Source: a virus
Taxonomy: Duplodnaviria > Caudoviricetes
Virus record (IMG/VR): IMGVR_UViG_3300033121_000971
Span: 1-64,000 of that record
Strand: one strand, 5' to 3'
Length of the DNA stretch: 64,000 bases
The first letter of the stretch is position 1. Each line of letters opens with the position of its first letter. The translations under genes were made by a program, and so were the position numbers. The notes under the pieces are model-generated. The model was not told where the DNA came from and did not search any database. It worked only from the letters and a program-made list of their open reading frames with translations. Below are positions 37,991 through 48,601 of the stretch, one piece after another.

Positions 37991-38455
37991 ATGGACAACA
38001 GTTTTGACATTTATCCAGAGCAGGCAGAAGACTTAATAAATTTTGCCCAGTTCACTAAAGTATTAGAGATACCAACAGCTCAAGGTGGCTTGATGGTAAA
38101 TTTTAGTTTACTATGGGAAGGTGAAGTAGCTCACATACAGAGAAAATCTGCTGAGTATGCTTCTACTCCACAAGATATTATGAGCAGAAGTGCTTATATA
38201 AAGTTAGAAACTTTAGTACAAGCTATTGATAACATAGGTGAGATGCAGTTTAAAGCAGACGACCCTAATGAAAATACTTTACTTAAGAATAAACTTAGAA
38301 CTATATTACAAAAAACTTCTCCAGCTCTAGTGCAGTACATGTACAATTGTTATAGTGAGCTAGCATTATATAGAGATGCATTTGTCGCTGAAAAGACAGC
38401 CGACTTTAAAAAAAAATTTCAAGAAGAGCTTCAGGGGAAATCTCTGACGATATAA
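37991..38455 (+). CDS. tail assembly chaperone (G-like, short form)
   Basis: between tube and tape measure; slippery A9 run near 3' end. Confidence 0.72.
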   Translation: MDNSFDIYPEQAEDLINFAQFTKVLEIPTAQGGLMVNFSLLWEGEVAHIQRKSAEYASTPQDIMSRSAYIKLETLVQAIDNIGEMQFKADDPNENTLLKNKLRTILQKTSPALVQYMYNCYSELALYRDAFVAEKTADFKKKFQEELQGKSLTI

Positions 38456-38802
38456 ATAGATTTTACAGGTTAAGCTATCTTATAAGACAGAATCTTAATC
38501 TGACCTTCACTAAGAAGAGACATTATCTCTGTTCTGAGTTAGATATTATTTTAAACAATAATTATTTACTTGCTTTTTATGCTTCAATGTTCTCAGAAGA
38601 TTTTGACCAAGAGTTTAGCATGTATAAGTATCAAGGTCTTTTAATAAACCCAGAAGGGTTCAAAGAGATAGAAAGACATATCAACCCTACAGCTAACTTA
38701 CACAAGTATAAAGAATCTCAACCATTCGAATCTGGAATAGAAGCCGATAAGGAGCTAAGTAAATTTATAAAACAAGAAGATGATGGTATTGAACTGGGGT
38801 AG
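38410..38802 (+). CDS. tail assembly chaperone -1 frameshift extension (GT-like)
   Basis: -1 frame is stop-free from 38410 to 38802 and opens at the A9 run 38408-38416. Confidence 0.7.
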   Translation, partial: KKISRRASGEISDDINRFYRLSYLIRQNLNLTFTKKRHYLCSELDIILNNNYLLAFYASMFSEDFDQEFSMYKYQGLLINPEGFKEIERHINPTANLHKYKESQPFESGIEADKELSKFIKQEDDGIELG

Positions 38803-38818
38803 GGTATGAATTTATGCA

Positions 38819-38849
38819 TTGTTTTTTAATTATTAGCATACTATCTTTG
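38819..38849 (+). promoter_or_regulatory. sigma70-type promoter (TTGTTT-17-TATCTT, extending to TATCTTTG)
   Basis: 17-bp spacer, AAGGAG RBS downstream. Confidence 0.65.
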
Positions 38850-38877
38850 TACTGAATTAAAATTAAGGAGAAAATAC

Positions 38878-39189
38878 ATGCTGACAGATATGGTTGTAAA
38901 AGCATTTGAAGTTGTAGAACTATGTAAACCCTTTTTTAAAAGAGCAGTTGAGGTATCAGCAGATTGGGACAATACTGCCTATATAGTACAAGAAGTTATC
39001 AGTGGTAAAGTATATGTAATGTCTTGGAATCAGTATAAGAGTCATGTCGGCTGTGGGCATTGTAATAAGCTATGTGAGCTAGATGGTAATGGTATAGGTT
39101 TTTATAATTCAGAGACACAAGAGCAATTAGTAGAGTTTGCGGATGCTTCACCAATTTATAAAAGTCTTTTAGGTGAGTATATAAAATAA
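38878..39189 (+). CDS. hypothetical protein (inserted, own promoter)
   Basis: AAGGAGAA RBS; CGHC motif. Confidence 0.7.
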   Translation: MLTDMVVKAFEVVELCKPFFKRAVEVSADWDNTAYIVQEVISGKVYVMSWNQYKSHVGCGHCNKLCELDGNGIGFYNSETQEQLVEFADASPIYKSLLGEYIK

Positions 39190-39419
39190 TGAGTGATATA
39201 AAATCTTTAAAGTGTCAAAATTGTGGAAGTAATTTATCTTCTGATAACTTAGTAAGTACGTTGGCTAACAGCTTACTGTTCGAATGTTCCTCATGTAGAG
39301 GATTCAGTGTATTAAAAACTGAATCGGTTACTAAGGAGCCAGTGTTAAAAGAGAAAACTACTAAAGAGCTTGCACAAGAAATGCGACAAGCTTATAAAGA
39401 TTTCATGTACCCAGATTAA
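39189..39419 (+). CDS. zinc-ribbon protein
   Basis: CQNCG...CSSC. Confidence 0.65.
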   Translation: MSDIKSLKCQNCGSNLSSDNLVSTLANSLLFECSSCRGFSVLKTESVTKEPVLKEKTTKELAQEMRQAYKDFMYPD

Positions 39420-39437
39420 AATAATAATTTTACCCTT

Positions 39438-39776
39438 ATGCTTAACGAAACAGATTTTAACGTAATAGGAAAAGATATTGATACAGAGTTAGAAACTTAT
39501 TTACATAAGACTTCTGACTCTGTTTCTTTTGACACTAGTCAATATGACCCAGTAGTAGAATATTATGCAGGTCTACTGGATGCTATAATTGCATGTTTAG
39601 ATGTGGCAGTGAAACGTGAAGAGATGCTGTCAACAGTTCAGAGGGCAATGAAAGAAGATGTTGAAAAAGAAATGCTTGACTTAAGAGAACAACTTGAAAA
39701 GTTACCAGATACACCATATAAAAAAAATCAATTATTGAGATTAGACATTAACTTAGCTTCTTTAGATAGATTCTAA
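39438..39776 (+). CDS. hypothetical helical protein
   Basis: in-operon ORF. Confidence 0.65.
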   Translation: MLNETDFNVIGKDIDTELETYLHKTSDSVSFDTSQYDPVVEYYAGLLDAIIACLDVAVKREEMLSTVQRAMKEDVEKEMLDLREQLEKLPDTPYKKNQLLRLDINLASLDRF

Positions 39777-39785
39777 TTAACCTTT

Positions 39786-42005
39786 ATGGCATCAGACAAT
39801 TTTAACATACAAGAATTACTAAGTCTACTTATGAAAGCTATAAAAGAGCTTTCAAGTGCTTCTTCTATATTTAAAGAAGTTGGTAAAGATTTATCTACAT
39901 CAAAGATTGATAAAGCTCAAAGATTGATTGCAGGTGGCAGAGATAAAGTAAATAAGCAAGAGCGATATTTAGAAGCTATAAAAACAGCTATCGAAGATTT
40001 ACGAGCCGATGGTAGAAAAGAAGACAAAGGGTTACTCAATGAGCTTAAAGAAGAGTTAGCTAAAGGTAACAAAGAGTTAAGAGAGATGACAGGTACACGT
40101 AACTTTGGTGAACGTATTGGGGATATGGTGTCTTCTATGCAGAATTTTACTCAGACTGCTGATACTATTGCTGGAGCTATAAATAGATGGATAGAGTTTA
40201 ACACTCAGATGCAAATAATGCAAATCACTGCTATACAAACTGGTTGGGAAAACATATCCAATGGTCAAACTCCTTATATGAGTAAGACTATGAGCATTTT
40301 ATCAAATTATCAAAAAGAGAATTTAAATATATCTCAAGAGCAGAGTAGAGCAACAATAGGTTTGATTAGTAAAATAGTTGGGGGTGTAATTGGTGGAACA
40401 GTTGGAGGTTTTGCAAGTGGTGGTTTAGGTGTAGGTATTGGTGCTGGTGTAGGTACAGGTTTAGCAACTAGTATAATGGATGCAGTGTTCACTATGCAAA
40501 TTGCTAATGAAAAAGAAATAATGAACAATGTAAACAAGTACACTCAGACATTTGGAATGATGAATGAGCTACAAAACAATGTTCGTTTACAGAAAATTGG
40601 AATATCAGGATATCTTAGCTCATCAGGCGTATCTTCATCTGATGGAGATGTACGAGGTATAAGAGATGCAATATTAAAACAAAGTACACAATATGCTGGC
40701 ATAGAAGGTTTCGGTCAAGACCAGATTGCTTCTTCATTACAGGCGATAGGTATGACAAAACAATTCGGTGGTGTTGACCAGATGCAGATGCAAAAAGATA
40801 TGAAGCTTGCAGGTATGACTACTGGTTTAGGTGAGCAGTCTGTTATGGCTTTTGTAACAGAGATGAGTATTAGAACAAAAGCTCCACTAGATAGAGTTAT
40901 GGAAACTTTTGGTAAACTTACTGATGTGTCCGATAAGTTAAAGATGCCACTACAACAAGTAATGGAAGATTTTAAAACTCTTACCATAAGCAATCAAAAG
41001 TATGGATTTTCTCAAGAGGTACTATTAGGACTATATAGTTCTTTTGCAGACGAGATTAAAAAAGGAACTATGTCTGTAGCTGACTTCCAAAAAGTTTTAC
41101 AAGGGATGTCTCAGACTCCTACAGATAAAGCTACTGGTATAGGAGCATTGCTAAAAGGTACAAGCTTATCTACTATACTTTCTGGCACACCTGATAGTGA
41201 TAAAGCAGGCGTATCTGCATTGCATAATTTAATCAGTGGTATGGATACTCAAGACATTGGGGCATTTTTAAAAATGGCTTCAAGTCCTGATGCTAAAAGA
41301 AATATATTTCAAGACCAGATATTGGATAAATATAATCTTGGTCAAAGTGACTTAGAAAGTATGCAACCAAATGTGATGAAGTCATTACTAGGGTTAAGTA
41401 CTGGGTATGGTAAGCAAGGTTCTGGTGGTCTGGGTCAGATTATAATGGAAGCTTTTGGAGGTACTGTTGGTCTTAATATGTCTTCAGGATATTATGAACA
41501 AGGTCTTGAGAGAGAACAAATAAATAAACTTGGCACAAGAGGTGACTTCGATGCATCTAAATTTTCTGGAGCTATGGGGGAGAAGGATGCATATCTTCAA
41601 TCTAACGTAAGTCCATGGCTAAAAAAAGATTTAGAAGCTTACCAAAAGTATATACCTCACATAGATGCTTTTAATAGGGAGTTTGCTGAGACAGGTGACT
41701 TATTTAAAAGTTTCGATAAAATTTTACCAGAGTTAAGTAAGACCATGGACGAGATTAATAATATTATTACTGGCAAACTCCATGAGATAGTAGAAGCTGA
41801 GAGAAAAAGAATAGGTAAAACTTGGGTTGAGTCATACTATGATTTTATGAATCCTATAGTAGGTGGAGTACTTGATGTAACCAATAAGTTGAATATTGGT
41901 AATCAGTTCAGTAAAGAACAAAATGTAAAAGTAGAAGTTAAAGCATCAGATGAGATGCTTAAAGTATTTACAAAATTTGGTGATAGCATGGATGGTAATA
42001 ACTAA
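39786..42005 (+). CDS. tape measure protein
   Basis: 739 aa, helical, Gly-zipper hydrophobic segment; after chaperones, before baseplate. Confidence 0.72.
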   Translation: MASDNFNIQELLSLLMKAIKELSSASSIFKEVGKDLSTSKIDKAQRLIAGGRDKVNKQERYLEAIKTAIEDLRADGRKEDKGLLNELKEELAKGNKELREMTGTRNFGERIGDMVSSMQNFTQTADTIAGAINRWIEFNTQMQIMQITAIQTGWENISNGQTPYMSKTMSILSNYQKENLNISQEQSRATIGLISKIVGGVIGGTVGGFASGGLGVGIGAGVGTGLATSIMDAVFTMQIANEKEIMNNVNKYTQTFGMMNELQNNVRLQKIGISGYLSSSGVSSSDGDVRGIRDAILKQSTQYAGIEGFGQDQIASSLQAIGMTKQFGGVDQMQMQKDMKLAGMTTGLGEQSVMAFVTEMSIRTKAPLDRVMETFGKLTDVSDKLKMPLQQVMEDFKTLTISNQKYGFSQEVLLGLYSSFADEIKKGTMSVADFQKVLQGMSQTPTDKATGIGALLKGTSLSTILSGTPDSDKAGVSALHNLISGMDTQDIGAFLKMASSPDAKRNIFQDQILDKYNLGQSDLESMQPNVMKSLLGLSTGYGKQGSGGLGQIIMEAFGGTVGLNMSSGYYEQGLEREQINKLGTRGDFDASKFSGAMGEKDAYLQSNVSPWLKKDLEAYQKYIPHIDAFNREFAETGDLFKSFDKILPELSKTMDEINNIITGKLHEIVEAERKRIGKTWVESYYDFMNPIVGGVLDVTNKLNIGNQFSKEQNVKVEVKASDEMLKVFTKFGDSMDGNN

Positions 42006-43261
42006 TGGCACTAGTAAAAAATATGAATTCGCAATCTTTAACTATCATTAATCCAGTAGCATTTGATAGCTTAAGTGATATAAGGGCAACTCTATTAAAA
42101 GATTCTATAACTGATACAGTAGTAAGTAACATTCGTAATATTGTAGATGTTATAGGAAGAGGTATAAATAGTAGCATAGAAGAGCGTGTAGGTAGCATTG
42201 TAAGCAAAGTTGCTGGAGAAATACTTAAGCAGTCAAGTATAGGTGAAGATTCTTTAGATTATTTTAAATTTAGAATAAATCCTAATAAGCTGAGCGTCCC
42301 TAAAAAGAAAATGGTAGACAACAAGTATACAGGTGATGGATTTGATTTAGATACAAGAGGTCAAGAGATGATTCCATACTCTTATAAAGCTTCTACGGGC
42401 AGTCTTGTTCCAGATAATTTACTGGAAGGTGCTTGTTTACCATACTTGAATGAGTTGTTTTCAGTTTTAAATTTAGGTCAAGAATTATCAGGTACTAATT
42501 TGCAAAGGTTCCCTCAGCTTACTGCTAACCCTAAGCTATCTGGTGCCTATATTAAGTTTAAACTGTTCGAACAATTTTGGGAACAAAATAATGATGATTT
42601 ACTTATTTTTTGGGAAGATGATTGTTACTTAGGTAAGTTTATGAATTTTTCTTATGAGGTAGATGGATTTAATCCTTATCAAATAATGTATACATTTGAT
42701 TTTATGGTTTATCCAGACTTCAAATATAATTTACTTACTGGCTATATTACTGAAAATAGTTTTGCTACTATTAAAAAAACCTTCAACAGATTCTATGGTA
42801 TACAGGAAGGAAGCTTAGAAGAAAAGATTAGAAGCGGTGCTTTAAAGACAGCACCAAACCTTACTAATCTTGCTGGCAATGCCACAAAGCTAACAGATAG
42901 TCAGCAAGCTGATGAAGATTGGTTTGCTTCATTAGGAGCATATCCATATAACAGAAATAAGACATCCTTACTAAAAAATCTTTCAAGAGACCATCAAACG
43001 GAATTGCAAAATATTACTCCAAGGCAGATGGCTGACTGGTATAAAGAAAATAATGGCATTGACATATTTGAAGATAGTATATCTTTTAACTTGAGACGAG
43101 TAATAAAAGGCTCCAGTCTTAGTAATCCAAATGCAAACAGTAGGAATAAAGGACAGTCTCCAACTATTGATACTGGCGAAAGCAAAGAAGAGAAAGAAAT
43201 ATTAACAGGTAATAATCCTGACCCTAACGGTCTTACAGGAATCACTACTTTTACACCTTAA
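42005..43261 (+). CDS. baseplate/tube-initiator-like protein
   Basis: FKFRINPNKL...YLGKFMNFSYEVDGFNPYQIMYTFDF tube-fold pattern. Confidence 0.6.
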   Translation: MALVKNMNSQSLTIINPVAFDSLSDIRATLLKDSITDTVVSNIRNIVDVIGRGINSSIEERVGSIVSKVAGEILKQSSIGEDSLDYFKFRINPNKLSVPKKKMVDNKYTGDGFDLDTRGQEMIPYSYKASTGSLVPDNLLEGACLPYLNELFSVLNLGQELSGTNLQRFPQLTANPKLSGAYIKFKLFEQFWEQNNDDLLIFWEDDCYLGKFMNFSYEVDGFNPYQIMYTFDFMVYPDFKYNLLTGYITENSFATIKKTFNRFYGIQEGSLEEKIRSGALKTAPNLTNLAGNATKLTDSQQADEDWFASLGAYPYNRNKTSLLKNLSRDHQTELQNITPRQMADWYKENNGIDIFEDSISFNLRRVIKGSSLSNPNANSRNKGQSPTIDTGESKEEKEILTGNNPDPNGLTGITTFTP

Positions 43262-43263
43262 CT

Positions 43264-46200
43264 ATGGGAAACTCGATTTCAAAATATTCAGCTAATGCTA
43301 GAGTCTACATATTAATGGATGATTATGAGCCTAGCAACTTAACAACGCATCCTAACAAAACTTTATACAAAGTTAACAGTATTATTCAGGTTAACTCTAA
43401 ATTAAGCGTTGAGGGTGGTGGCAATGCTACAGTCACCTTTAATGATAAGGACATGAAGTTCTGGAAGTACATTAAGTTTAAGTATGCTAATTCAAAAGAG
43501 TGGGGTAATGAACAGCTTACAGGTGAGTCTGCTGGAAACCTTTTAGAAAATCTTAGAAATCAGCAAGAGATTGCTGATTTTAGAAAACATCTTGTAGAGT
43601 ATGGTACTAAAAGTAAAGCAATAAGTGCTTTAAAAGTTTTAGCTGGAGAAACTGGTAGTGAAGAGTTAAGTGGTGGTATACTATTACCTATACTTACTCC
43701 ACAGAATTTAATATGGATTCACTACTTAGGTCGAGACGGCAATTGGTATGCAGGCTTCACAGGCGTTATAACACAAATGAGTTTAAGTGAGACAGCAGGT
43801 AAGACTTCTGTGTTCACTGTTAACGCTAAAACTCCTGATGTATTTTTTGAAAATTCACAACTACTTATTCGTACACAGAATATTGGTGGGGCAGATTCCA
43901 GACAAAATATTAAGTTAGAGCAGATAGATAATCTGGCTATGACTAATGTATTTAGTGGGAAGATAACTAGTGAAGTTATTTCTGAAACTATAAAAAAAGT
44001 AAACAACTTCTTTTTAAAAACAGATAGAGAGGGAGTAGACTTCAAAGGAGAAGACCCTCGTTACTTCAAAGTAAGAAAACTTTGGGGGTTTGGAAAAGAT
44101 TTACCTGAAACAAAACCAGAAGAAACTAAGACTTCAAAAAAAGATGGAGAGTCTAGTGGTACTTCTTCTGCAAAGATGCCAAGAACTATACAGGAAATAG
44201 AGAAGCATTTAGTAAAGATAAGTGAGCCTGATGGTGATTTCATATCTGCTTTTGATTTTACTGATTATGAAGTAAGGTCAAGGACTGATAGAGGTTGGTA
44301 CGTACAAGACCAAGTAACAGATGCTGATTCTTTTTTTGATACTGATGCTCAGTTCCAAACGTGGCTTGATTCTAAAGAACCTTTACCAAAAGTTATTAAA
44401 TCTACAACAGGTGTTGCAGGGTCTAAATCTGAAACAACTCAAATTACTCAAGAGGGTGAAAGAGGATATCCTAACAATCATGAAAAGTTTAGAAATAAAA
44501 AATGGCACTATACTGATAAGATAGATATAGCAAAAGATTTTTATAACGGAAAAGAACTTATAGTAAAAGGTAGCCCAGTAGTTTCAGCCGAAGAGGACTG
44601 GCGAGAAGTTGTTATGGATGAATTTTTCTATGATGATGGTGACCGAGTAAAACCATTCCAAAATCTTATAGCTACAAGTTTAGATTTATTTACAGTAGAC
44701 AAGATGACTGCAAAAGATGTACTAGATACAGTTCGTAAAACTGTGTTAGCCTACATTTATTTTGAAGGTGATGGTAACTTAAGAGTAGAAAGACCTTACT
44801 TTGATATTCATTTAGGAATGCTGGATAATGCAGAACTAAGTCAAGAGTTGCCTCCAGATTATGACACTAGGTACTTAATTACTAAAAAAGATAGAAGTTA
44901 TAGAAGTCATTCATATTCAGAAAACGCAAGTGGTCTGGTTACAAGAACTGAGTTAGTTATTAAACCTGACTGGATACAATTAAGTTCTGATATAGATGCT
45001 TTAGAGTTTTCTGGTAAATCAGAAAGTTCATGGCAGACTACATTCAAGTTCGGAGAAAAACAAGTTCAATTAAACTCAATTGTTTCTCCTAAGTTTGCTT
45101 TGGGGGACGGAGAAGTAAAAGCTAAAATTTTACGTTCTTATTGTTATGCAATGAGAATGTTAATGTCTTCTGATTATAGAAACATATCTTTACAGTTAGA
45201 CCAAAGACCTGACCTGCAACTAAACAGGAACATGCTGTTCTTAGATTTAGGCTTATATTTTGTAACAAAAGAAATTTCTCATTCATACTCACCAGCTAAT
45301 AATAGACTTGATACTACTGTTACAGGCACGTATGCTCGTCCTGTAGGCACAAGATTGGTTAACCCTTACAGGTTCATTATAGAGCCTGACGGGTCGCTCA
45401 CAGCTTGGGAAACAGTTGATAAATGGAAAGAGGGAGCTTTTAATTCTGATTTCTATAAAACAACAGATGTAAACAACCCTATAGAAGTAATGGAAGGTGG
45501 AGAAACCTTTGAAAGTATAGAAGATACTTGCAGAACAGAATATTCCAGAATAGAGAAATTTACTAATGAAGATGACGACTTCGATAAATTATATTCTGGA
45601 GATGGGGAACAAAAGAATCCTTACATTCTATGCTTCCGAGGTCTGGCAGACAGTAATACCAATTATGAAGATTTCTGTGATGATTTTTATTTAATGCTAC
45701 CTGCTTCAAAAGAGTTTGTAAAGATAGGTTCTGAATCTGGATACAAGCAAATGTCTTGTGGTGATAGTCAAAGTGCTGGAACACTTATAAAAAGTGTACA
45801 GGAAGAATTTACTACATCTGATGATGGAGTGTCTCGTCCTAACTTTTCATCTTTTGTAAGATTACAGGAAGGGCTGTATAGATATGCTAGAGTTGGAAAT
45901 GAGTTTGTATGCAGTAACTTTAAGTACTACGACTTAAACAGTTCTTTTATAAAATCAGGAACAGCTACAGCTAATAGTAAAGTAATTTGTAATTTAAGTA
46001 ACGGACAGAAGAGTTCAGTTGATTACAAATCTTATTTGAAAAATGAATGCAAGTTTGCATATAACACTAGTAACTCTGGGGCTAATAGGATGTTTCTAGC
46101 TGAGTCTAATGGTACTGGTACATGGTGGGAAGGTGTAAATATATTCCCTGCATCTTCTGCTAGAACACAATTTGATAGTGCGATGGCACGTATCAACGAT

Positions 46201-47073
46201 AGGCAAAAAGTAGATGTGTTTGTATTAAACTATGTTGTGCGAAGAGAAGAGCAGTTGAAGCCAAATACAGTTAAGCCTGATGGTTACAATTTTAATGATA
46301 ACCAACGATTATTTTTCTATCTTAAACTTATACAAGGGCATTTTGATTTAATAAAAAAAACAGATAAAGGATATACGTGGAAAGACAAAACTATACCTAC
46401 AGATATTACAACTGAAAAGTTATATTCTGGTACAGACAATCTATGTGGTTTATATAATATAGAAAAAGGTGTTATAGGCTTACCTGATAAAGATGTTGAG
46501 GAATTTATTAACTACAAAGATATAACGAAAAGTAAAGCTAAGCAGGATACTTGGTTTAGTACTTACTATGCTTTTATAATTCAAACTTTAAAAGCTCAAT
46601 CTAGTACGTTAAGTGGTCACAGTTTGTGGGAGTTATTTGATTTAATGTCTTTATGTAATATTGAGCAAGAGTCTAGAAGGGTTCATAAAGTTACAGATGC
46701 AGAAAGTAGTAACCCTAAAAACTATCCACTATGGACTGCAACAGAGTCAATACTAAGGGGGCAGAGAGGGTTTTTAATAGCACTATTTCATTTATATATA
46801 CAACATTCAAATGTTAGTTATTCAGATATGGGACAGTTACTAAACGGGTTTATAGACTTCTCTGATTATTTTTTTAAATGGAAAGAATTTGGGAGTAAGT
46901 ATGCAGAGGTGGATGCTTCTAGGCACGATAAGGTAGTTACTTTTGCATCAGATTTTTTATATTTTTCTGAAATACCTATTCTTAATGATATAAGACCTAT
47001 CAACGGTAGCAATGCTACAAAATTAAGTTACATAGATTTAAGAAATCTACTAGCAGGGAAAGTTGCTTTATAA
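43264..47073 (+). CDS. baseplate hub protein with insertions and C-terminal extension
   Basis: FTGVIT, YFEGDGNLRV, RPDLQLNR, ISHSYS hub-like motifs; synteny. Confidence 0.65.
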   Translation: MGNSISKYSANARVYILMDDYEPSNLTTHPNKTLYKVNSIIQVNSKLSVEGGGNATVTFNDKDMKFWKYIKFKYANSKEWGNEQLTGESAGNLLENLRNQQEIADFRKHLVEYGTKSKAISALKVLAGETGSEELSGGILLPILTPQNLIWIHYLGRDGNWYAGFTGVITQMSLSETAGKTSVFTVNAKTPDVFFENSQLLIRTQNIGGADSRQNIKLEQIDNLAMTNVFSGKITSEVISETIKKVNNFFLKTDREGVDFKGEDPRYFKVRKLWGFGKDLPETKPEETKTSKKDGESSGTSSAKMPRTIQEIEKHLVKISEPDGDFISAFDFTDYEVRSRTDRGWYVQDQVTDADSFFDTDAQFQTWLDSKEPLPKVIKSTTGVAGSKSETTQITQEGERGYPNNHEKFRNKKWHYTDKIDIAKDFYNGKELIVKGSPVVSAEEDWREVVMDEFFYDDGDRVKPFQNLIATSLDLFTVDKMTAKDVLDTVRKTVLAYIYFEGDGNLRVERPYFDIHLGMLDNAELSQELPPDYDTRYLITKKDRSYRSHSYSENASGLVTRTELVIKPDWIQLSSDIDALEFSGKSESSWQTTFKFGEKQVQLNSIVSPKFALGDGEVKAKILRSYCYAMRMLMSSDYRNISLQLDQRPDLQLNRNMLFLDLGLYFVTKEISHSYSPANNRLDTTVTGTYARPVGTRLVNPYRFIIEPDGSLTAWETVDKWKEGAFNSDFYKTTDVNNPIEVMEGGETFESIEDTCRTEYSRIEKFTNEDDDFDKLYSGDGEQKNPYILCFRGLADSNTNYEDFCDDFYLMLPASKEFVKIGSESGYKQMSCGDSQSAGTLIKSVQEEFTTSDDGVSRPNFSSFVRLQEGLYRYARVGNEFVCSNFKYYDLNSSFIKSGTATANSKVICNLSNGQKSSVDYKSYLKNECKFAYNTSNSGANRMFLAESNGTGTWWEGVNIFPASSARTQFDSAMARINDRQKVDVFVLNYVVRREEQLKPNTVKPDGYNFNDNQRLFFYLKLIQGHFDLIKKTDKGYTWKDKTIPTDITTEKLYSGTDNLCGLYNIEKGVIGLPDKDVEEFINYKDITKSKAKQDTWFSTYYAFIIQTLKAQSSTLSGHSLWELFDLMSLCNIEQESRRVHKVTDAESSNPKNYPLWTATESILRGQRGFLIALFHLYIQHSNVSYSDMGQLLNGFIDFSDYFFKWKEFGSKYAEVDASRHDKVVTFASDFLYFSEIPILNDIRPINGSNATKLSYIDLRNLLAGKVAL

Positions 47074-47864
47074 TGATATCTGATATATTAAATAAAATAA
47101 TTCAAAAAGATGAAACTTATAGTTTAACGGCTGACTTTGCTGAAGTAATGTCAGCAGACAATGCTAATAAGCTGTTATCTGTTCGTATGATGCAAAGGTC
47201 TGGAGGAAGCAAGCCTGACTATGATGATGTGCTGTTTATAGGGTTTCAAAAGCCTTCAGTAGGAACTAAAGGAGTTGTAATTTTTGTTGGAAAGCAAAAG
47301 TATCCAGTATTTATACCTCTTCTCCAGAACTTAGGGCAGAAGTCTGGAACTGTGCATATCGGTAACACTTCAAGCAGTGGCACAGAGTCAGAAAGCTTAG
47401 GGGACTCTAAAGCTACTTTTACAGATGCAAACTCATGGGTACAGTTTGATAGGACTTTTGATTTGTTTATATTTAACGGTGGTTCACCTTCTAATCAACA
47501 GTGGGGCATGCCTGATGTAATAGCTAAGTTAAAAAGTATTGCAAAAGATTGGTATTATGATTCTATAAACAATCCAACTAAAATTAAACTTATATTAGGA
47601 GACCTTGCTAAAGAGGGTGGGGCTAAATTTCATAATGAACATCATTCTGGAACAGTTGCAGATATATATGCTAATGCTGAAGCTTCACATGTTGAGAATA
47701 CTTATACTGTAAATCAAGTAAAAGCAATATTAAACATATTTAAGAATAATGGTGTTAAGTATTGTTTGTATAATCCTAAAAATTATGATGAGTATAAAGA
47801 GTATCATTCATGGGTAAGCAATAGAGTAAATAGCCATGAAAATCATTTTCATATAAAATTCTAA
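47073..47864 (+). CDS. spike-associated protein: OB-fold-like N-terminus plus Zn endopeptidase (MepA/M15-like)
   Basis: GDL...GG...HHSGTVADI...HENHFHI (H-x6-D, H-x-H). Confidence 0.68.
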   Translation: MISDILNKIIQKDETYSLTADFAEVMSADNANKLLSVRMMQRSGGSKPDYDDVLFIGFQKPSVGTKGVVIFVGKQKYPVFIPLLQNLGQKSGTVHIGNTSSSGTESESLGDSKATFTDANSWVQFDRTFDLFIFNGGSPSNQQWGMPDVIAKLKSIAKDWYYDSINNPTKIKLILGDLAKEGGAKFHNEHHSGTVADIYANAEASHVENTYTVNQVKAILNIFKNNGVKYCLYNPKNYDEYKEYHSWVSNRVNSHENHFHIKF

Positions 47865-48601
47865 TGACAATACAGTACGATAGACAATTAATAGCTGACT
47901 TTCCTGATTTGCCAAATAATTTGCAATTAATTTGGGAAGCTTCTAATAATGATGGTAAAGAACATATGGTGTTTGTTTTTGATGATGATGTAAAAATGGA
48001 AGTAATAGGCACAGACGGTATGGTTACTCATACTTTAGTAAAAGCTGAGTACACAAAGCCAAACGGTTTAAGCTTAGTATATGGTGAGGATTTAAATACT
48101 TTTGGTCGTGTAAACTATAGCAGAATAAAGTATTCCGCACACACTCACCCATTAGTAAGCAAAGAGAATGAACAGGGGAGACCTTCTGGTAAAGATGTTT
48201 CTCGTGGAGCTGAAGCAGATTATGGGGTGACAAAAACACTTATGGGCAATAAGCCACACTATGTGATAAGTCCAACTCATATATACTGTATTAACTATAC
48301 AAAAGATTCTAGAACAATAACTTCTTATAGAACAGACATACGTGTTCCTATAACACCTGTAGATATGGAAGTAAGCTTTGCAGGTAAATGGAACTGGTCA
48401 AAGGCACCTGATGGTGTAATAACTTATATATATGTAAGTGATGACCATTATGTTCCTGAAGAGTTAAGTCCTGCATACGAACCTCCAAATGTAATAATAG
48501 AAAACACTGGGGAGTTAAAAGATTTTGAGAACATTGAGGGCGGTATTATAATAGATGAGAGTGGAACTACTATACAAACAAATCAGACTTACGAAAAATA
48601 A
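47864..48601 (+). CDS. JAB/MPN-like metalloprotein
   Basis: E...HTHP...PSGKD...YVIS. Confidence 0.6.
   Translation: MTIQYDRQLIADFPDLPNNLQLIWEASNNDGKEHMVFVFDDDVKMEVIGTDGMVTHTLVKAEYTKPNGLSLVYGEDLNTFGRVNYSRIKYSAHTHPLVSKENEQGRPSGKDVSRGAEADYGVTKTLMGNKPHYVISPTHIYCINYTKDSRTITSYRTDIRVPITPVDMEVSFAGKWNWSKAPDGVITYIYVSDDHYVPEELSPAYEPPNVIIENTGELKDFENIEGGIIIDESGTTIQTNQTYEK

Noticed and set aside
38587-38802. Independent 71-aa gene
   Set aside because: It is better explained as the end of the -1 frameshift product, since the frame opens at the slippery run.
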